Source of the DNA: Candidatus Krumholzibacteriota bacterium
GTDB lineage: Bacteria; Krumholzibacteriota; Krumholzibacteriia; JAJRXK01
Reading direction: 5' to 3'
NCBI GenBank assembly: GCA_963764625.1
Contig: CAVXTH010000009.1
Span: 800,001 to 864,000, forward strand
Length of the DNA stretch: 64,000 bases
Part shown: positions 60,615-64,000 of the stretch, piece by piece
How the letters are laid out: every line of letters starts with the position of its first letter
Numbering within the stretch: position 1 is the stretch's first letter
The notes under the pieces: model-generated
The model's database searches: none
What the model was told of the DNA's origin: nothing
Seen by the model: the letters and a program-made list of their open reading frames with translations, nothing else
Position numbers and translations under genes: made by a program

Positions 60615-61178
60615 ATGAAGGTAGCGTTCATCGGCACGCATGGAGTGGGAAAGACCACCCTCTGCTTCGATCTGGCAGCACGGCTCAAACGACTCGATCT
60701 CAACGTCGACATCGTCCGCGAAGTTGCGCGGCACTGCCCTCTACCCATCAATCAGGAGACGACGCTGGAGGCGCAGGCCTGGATCCTCCACACCCAGATC
60801 GCGCAGGAGATCGGCGCCGCCACCCTCTTCGGAGCCGTAATTTGCGACCGAAGTGTCCTGGACAACTACGTCTATCTCGTGCATCGGATGGGGCACCGGC
60901 CCGAGTACGATCCCCTGGTCGCCACCTGGGTGAAGACCTACGACGCCCTCTTCAAGGTCCCCATCCTGCAGCCCCCCAGCTTCGATGGCACCCGCGCGCT
61001 TTCCGCCACCTTCCAGAGCGAAATCGACGAACTCATCGACGAACTGGTGGAGGGTTTCGGAGCGAGTTCGCACCGGCTCGATCCCACGGATCGTCCGGGC
61101 TGGATCGACTTCGCCCTGAAGACCCTGGGTCTACCCCACGAGCCGCCTCAAATCGATCTCTTTGCTCCCGAATCGTAG
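60615..61178 (+). CDS. P-loop nucleoside/nucleotide kinase-like ATPase (AAA_28/NadR-type)
   Basis: GTHGVGKTT Walker A, EVAR, ICDRSVLD, DGTR. Confidence 0.8.
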   Translation: MKVAFIGTHGVGKTTLCFDLAARLKRLDLNVDIVREVARHCPLPINQETTLEAQAWILHTQIAQEIGAATLFGAVICDRSVLDNYVYLVHRMGHRPEYDPLVATWVKTYDALFKVPILQPPSFDGTRALSATFQSEIDELIDELVEGFGASSHRLDPTDRPGWIDFALKTLGLPHEPPQIDLFAPES

Positions 61179-61194
61179 GGGTAGTGCTGAGTCC

Positions 61195-61845
61195 ATGGTG
61201 CACTGGCTAGAGTTCCCTACTCAGACGCAGACCTACACGCTGGTGGATGCACCAGCCGATCCCCGATGCATCATCTTGGGGTTCCACGGCTATGGCGAAC
61301 GCCCCGCCCATTGTCTGGAGGGTCTTCGCAAAGCGGGAGTCGAAGGCGCTCTCCTGGTGGGTCCCATGGGACAGCATCATTTCTACGATCGTAAGGGAAA
61401 GGTCGTGGCCTCGTGGATGACGCGCTTTGGCCGCGAGATTCAATCGGAGCAGATCCTCGAGTACGCGAGTGAACTGTTGAGGAGGTTGAAATCTTCGCAC
61501 GGAGAACTGCCTCTCTATATCTTTGGGTTTTCCCAGGGTGCGTCTACCGCTTACCGTGTAGCGAGTTTACCCGGTTCTCGACCTCGTAGGCTCTTCATCC
61601 TGGCGGGCGATTGTCCGCCGGATTTCAGGGCTCGCTTGTCGCTCCAAGTGGAGTTTGGGGTCACGATTCTTTGGGGAAGCGGCGACACCACGGTGCACCT
61701 TCCCGCATTGAAGGCGGACGAGGAATTTCTGCGCGGATTGGGTTGGCCGGTGGAACTCTTGGTACTGGCGGGCGAGCACGACTATTTCGACGAAGCCATG
61801 AAAGTGGTGGGGGAGAGAATCGAAGCGGATTTGGCCGCGGTTTGA
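61195..61845 (+). CDS. Alpha/beta hydrolase (phospholipase/carboxylesterase-like)
   Basis: FHGYG oxyanion motif, GFSQG nucleophile, GSGD and GEH triad residues. Confidence 0.85.
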   Translation: MVHWLEFPTQTQTYTLVDAPADPRCIILGFHGYGERPAHCLEGLRKAGVEGALLVGPMGQHHFYDRKGKVVASWMTRFGREIQSEQILEYASELLRRLKSSHGELPLYIFGFSQGASTAYRVASLPGSRPRRLFILAGDCPPDFRARLSLQVEFGVTILWGSGDTTVHLPALKADEEFLRGLGWPVELLVLAGEHDYFDEAMKVVGERIEADLAAV

Positions 61846-61922
61846 GTCGGATGGGCGAAAGCCCGACTTAGTGGTTCAGCTCGAGGAGCACGAGGGTTTT
61901 TTCTCGAGCGAGGGATTGGGGA

Positions 61923-62207
61923 ATGGAGATGGAACTCGAGCGGCTCTACCGCTATCTGAAGGAGAAACCGCGCGATGCGCGCTGGATGCTGCGCAAGGTG
62001 GGAGCTAGCTATCTAGAGACGGTGGAGGAGATGCGTCGCCGCGGATGGACAGTGGAATGCCGTCTCGAAGACGTCAATGGCTTGCATCGTGCGGTATACT
62101 GTGCCGACCTCCAGGGAGAGCTCTTTCTGGAGAAGAACTCGGCTCGCCCGGCGCCGCGACGACGACGGGCAAGGGCCGGGAGAGCTTTGGAGAAGCTGAG
62201 ACCATGA
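61923..62207 (+). CDS. Small hypothetical protein, possibly winged helix-turn-helix
   Basis: 94-aa ORF with ATGA coupling to the PP2C gene; helical 'ETVEEMRRRGWTVEC...AVY' resembles a wHTH wing. Confidence 0.55.
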   Translation: MEMELERLYRYLKEKPRDARWMLRKVGASYLETVEEMRRRGWTVECRLEDVNGLHRAVYCADLQGELFLEKNSARPAPRRRRARAGRALEKLRP

Positions 62208-62965
62208 TTTGCGCTGGCGCCACCGACATCGGACAGGTCCGCAAGGTCAATGAAGACAGCATTCTTCTTCTGCCTCAGCACGGTCTCTTCGCGGTCGCAG
62301 ACGGCGTGGGAGGCAGCAAGGGGGGGAAGGTCGCTTCCCAGATGTTGACCGGAGAGTTAGCCCGCGCCGCCCTCTCATCCGCGCACGGACTCTCCTCCGA
62401 GGAGCTGCGCGCCGCCATTCACGAAGTGAACGAGAAGATCAACAAGCTCGGAGAACGCACGCCCTCGCTCTATCGAATGGGAACCACCTGCATCGCCGCG
62501 TCCATCCTGCAGGGAAGCATGGCGTTGGCGCAAGTGGGCGACTCCCGCGCCTATCTGTATCACAACGGAGTCGGCCGTCAGATCACCAATGATCACCGCC
62601 TCGTGCAGGAAATGGTGGACCGTGGAGAGTTGACGGTCCAGGAAGCCGATGATCACCCCATGCGCAACATCCTCACTCGTTGCGTGGGCGGTGCGATGGG
62701 AACCGAGGTCGATCTCTTCGATTATCAGCTACAAGCCGAAGACACGTTCCTGTTGTGCAGCGACGGACTCAGCGACATGGTTCGTCACGAGCAAATCCTC
62801 GATGCGATCTCCTCGGGAGAGCGGCCAGATCGTCTCGTGAACGAGATGATCCAGTTGGCCAACGACTTCGGCGGACAGGACAACGTGTCGGTCGTCGTGG
62901 TGCGCATGCAAGAGAGCGACTTTCTTGCTACGGCCGAGGATGATCCCTTAGCGTCGAAATCCTGA
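62204..62965 (+). CDS. PP2C/PPM family Ser/Thr protein phosphatase
   Basis: TDIGQVRKVNED, AVADGVGG, MGTT, VGDSRAY, LLCSDGL, GGQDNVS. Confidence 0.95.
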   Translation: MICAGATDIGQVRKVNEDSILLLPQHGLFAVADGVGGSKGGKVASQMLTGELARAALSSAHGLSSEELRAAIHEVNEKINKLGERTPSLYRMGTTCIAASILQGSMALAQVGDSRAYLYHNGVGRQITNDHRLVQEMVDRGELTVQEADDHPMRNILTRCVGGAMGTEVDLFDYQLQAEDTFLLCSDGLSDMVRHEQILDAISSGERPDRLVNEMIQLANDFGGQDNVSVVVVRMQESDFLATAEDDPLASKS

Positions 62966-63055
62966 TTGAACTGGAGGTCCGCGCACCTGCGCCGTATCAT
63001 CGGGGGGTCGACTGAACACGAACTCGATCCCCCCGTCTCGTGCACTGGAGTCAGC

Positions 63056-63691
63056 ATGCGAACCACAATGCTGCTTTCGTTTCTCTTGTTACTTTCAGCC
63101 TCGATCGCCGGTGCGCAGAGCACCACGCCGGCGCCGGACGCAAATGAGCCCGCGCAAGCACCTGAGACCCAGAAGAAGGAAACCGAGAGTCCAGCTCGAC
63201 TCGCGATCTACTTCGATCTCATCTCTCACTCCAGAAGCCTCGCGGCCAAGCCGGGCGAGCGCGTGAAATTCTCGGTGGTGGCGGAGTCGAGCGCCGGCGG
63301 CATCAAGGCCTGGGAAGCGCGCGTCGTTTTCGGTGAGGGCATCTCGGTCATCGATCGCCAGGCCGATGGCCTCAACCTGGGGGCCTCGCTCGACGAGTGG
63401 CGGGTGGGACTTGGCAAGCAATGCAAGCAGGAGCAGGAGATCGTTCTCGCCACCTACACCGTGACGGTGGCGCCGAATGCTGGTCAGGATCTGGTGTTGG
63501 GATTGGCGCCGGTTTCCAATGGGAGTTTCGATCCCCCAGCCCCGGGATATCTTGCATGCGAAGGGCTTCACGACCTGCGGGCATTCGCCTACGCGGATAC
63601 CGCGGCCGTGATCAATCCGGAGAAAGTCCGCCTCGATGATTCTCCTACGGCGGGGAAGACGCATTTCAAGATGGGGAAGGCCGGAGACTGA
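63056..63691 (+). CDS. Secreted hypothetical protein (beta-rich, possibly cohesin/Ig-like)
   Basis: GGAG RBS, signal peptide MRTTMLLSFLLLLSASIAGA, P/T/E-rich linker, beta-strand-rich domain with two Cys. Confidence 0.65.
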   Translation: MRTTMLLSFLLLLSASIAGAQSTTPAPDANEPAQAPETQKKETESPARLAIYFDLISHSRSLAAKPGERVKFSVVAESSAGGIKAWEARVVFGEGISVIDRQADGLNLGASLDEWRVGLGKQCKQEQEIVLATYTVTVAPNAGQDLVLGLAPVSNGSFDPPAPGYLACEGLHDLRAFAYADTAAVINPEKVRLDDSPTAGKTHFKMGKAGD

Positions 63692-63713
63692 TTCCAGGCG
63701 AGGATGCGGGACC

Positions 63714-64000
63714 TCAGTCCAGATGGGCCCGATCGCTGTCTCCCATGACGACCTCGCGCTCGGGGAAGTACTCCTTCCACCGACGGTCCACGCGGCGTGC
63801 CGTCTCCTCGTCGCAGAACAACTCTTGCGGAAACCCCGGTTTCAATCGCGCGTCCAGAACCACCGGTAGAGTGAACGAGGGGTGGAGACGCTCGAGCTCC
63901 ACTTCCGCTGCGTGAAGATCGGCCGCCGGTTCGAAACGGGTGAAGGTGGTCCAGAGGAAACGAGCCTCACTCGTGCTCGCTTTCTGGGCATCGTCGGCCA
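63714..64000 (-). CDS. UbiD family decarboxylase, C-terminal fragment truncated by window edge
   Basis: Frame is open to the edge: ...FLWTTFTRFEPAADLH...PVVLDARLKP...VDRRWKEY, resembling UbiD C-termini. Confidence 0.7.
   Translation of the reverse strand, partial: ADDAQKASTSEARFLWTTFTRFEPAADLHAAEVELERLHPSFTLPVVLDARLKPGFPQELFCDEETARRVDRRWKEYFPEREVVMGDSDRAHLD

Noticed and set aside
6940-60734. Long N-terminal extensions in the ORF track for cstA, glcD, glcF, cN-II, fadD, mutY, icmF, ClC and the ATPase
   Set aside because: They overlap neighbouring genes; downstream starts with an RBS, a leaderless -10 or stop/start coupling fit family lengths better

Overview
GC-rich (visually about 60-65%) bacterial chromosomal segment, densely coding, with about 60 genes. 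A secreted protein ending in a 'PNPFNP...WRGDDDRGRAVASGAY' FlgD-Ig-type C-terminal domain, together with a complete moxR-DUF58-batABCDE cluster and a FadL/GDSL pair, points to an FCB-group lineage such as Krumholzibacteriota, Latescibacterota or Eisenbacteria (inference). Content is mostly housekeeping and metabolism: fba, a POT transporter, an ECF sigma/ZAS anti-sigma pair, cstA-glcDEF, add, a tRNA thiolase-like gene with tusA, a cN-II nucleotidase, an HNH protein, the Bat operon, uvrA, an HDAC, queD, tdk, rmlAB, a CCA enzyme, fadL-GDSL-fadD, mutY, icmF, a ClC channel, PP2C and ubiD. I saw no rRNA, tRNA, CRISPR array, integrase or transposase. At least seven single-base frameshifts interrupt six otherwise intact genes, most likely long-read consensus errors. 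The most interesting signals are: (1) a ~120-nt three-way-junction element with complementary loops, downstream of a good promoter and upstream of adenosine deaminase, which could alternatively be a twice-frameshifted small gene; (2) two nearby uncharacterised proteins with beta-clamp-like QxxLF motifs; (3) a recurring TANNNT-N6/7-ATG leaderless promoter pattern; (4) a GT2-TPR protein lacking its DxD motif; (5) a CruF-like/TPR fusion. No unambiguous novel multi-gene system is proven by the sequence alone.
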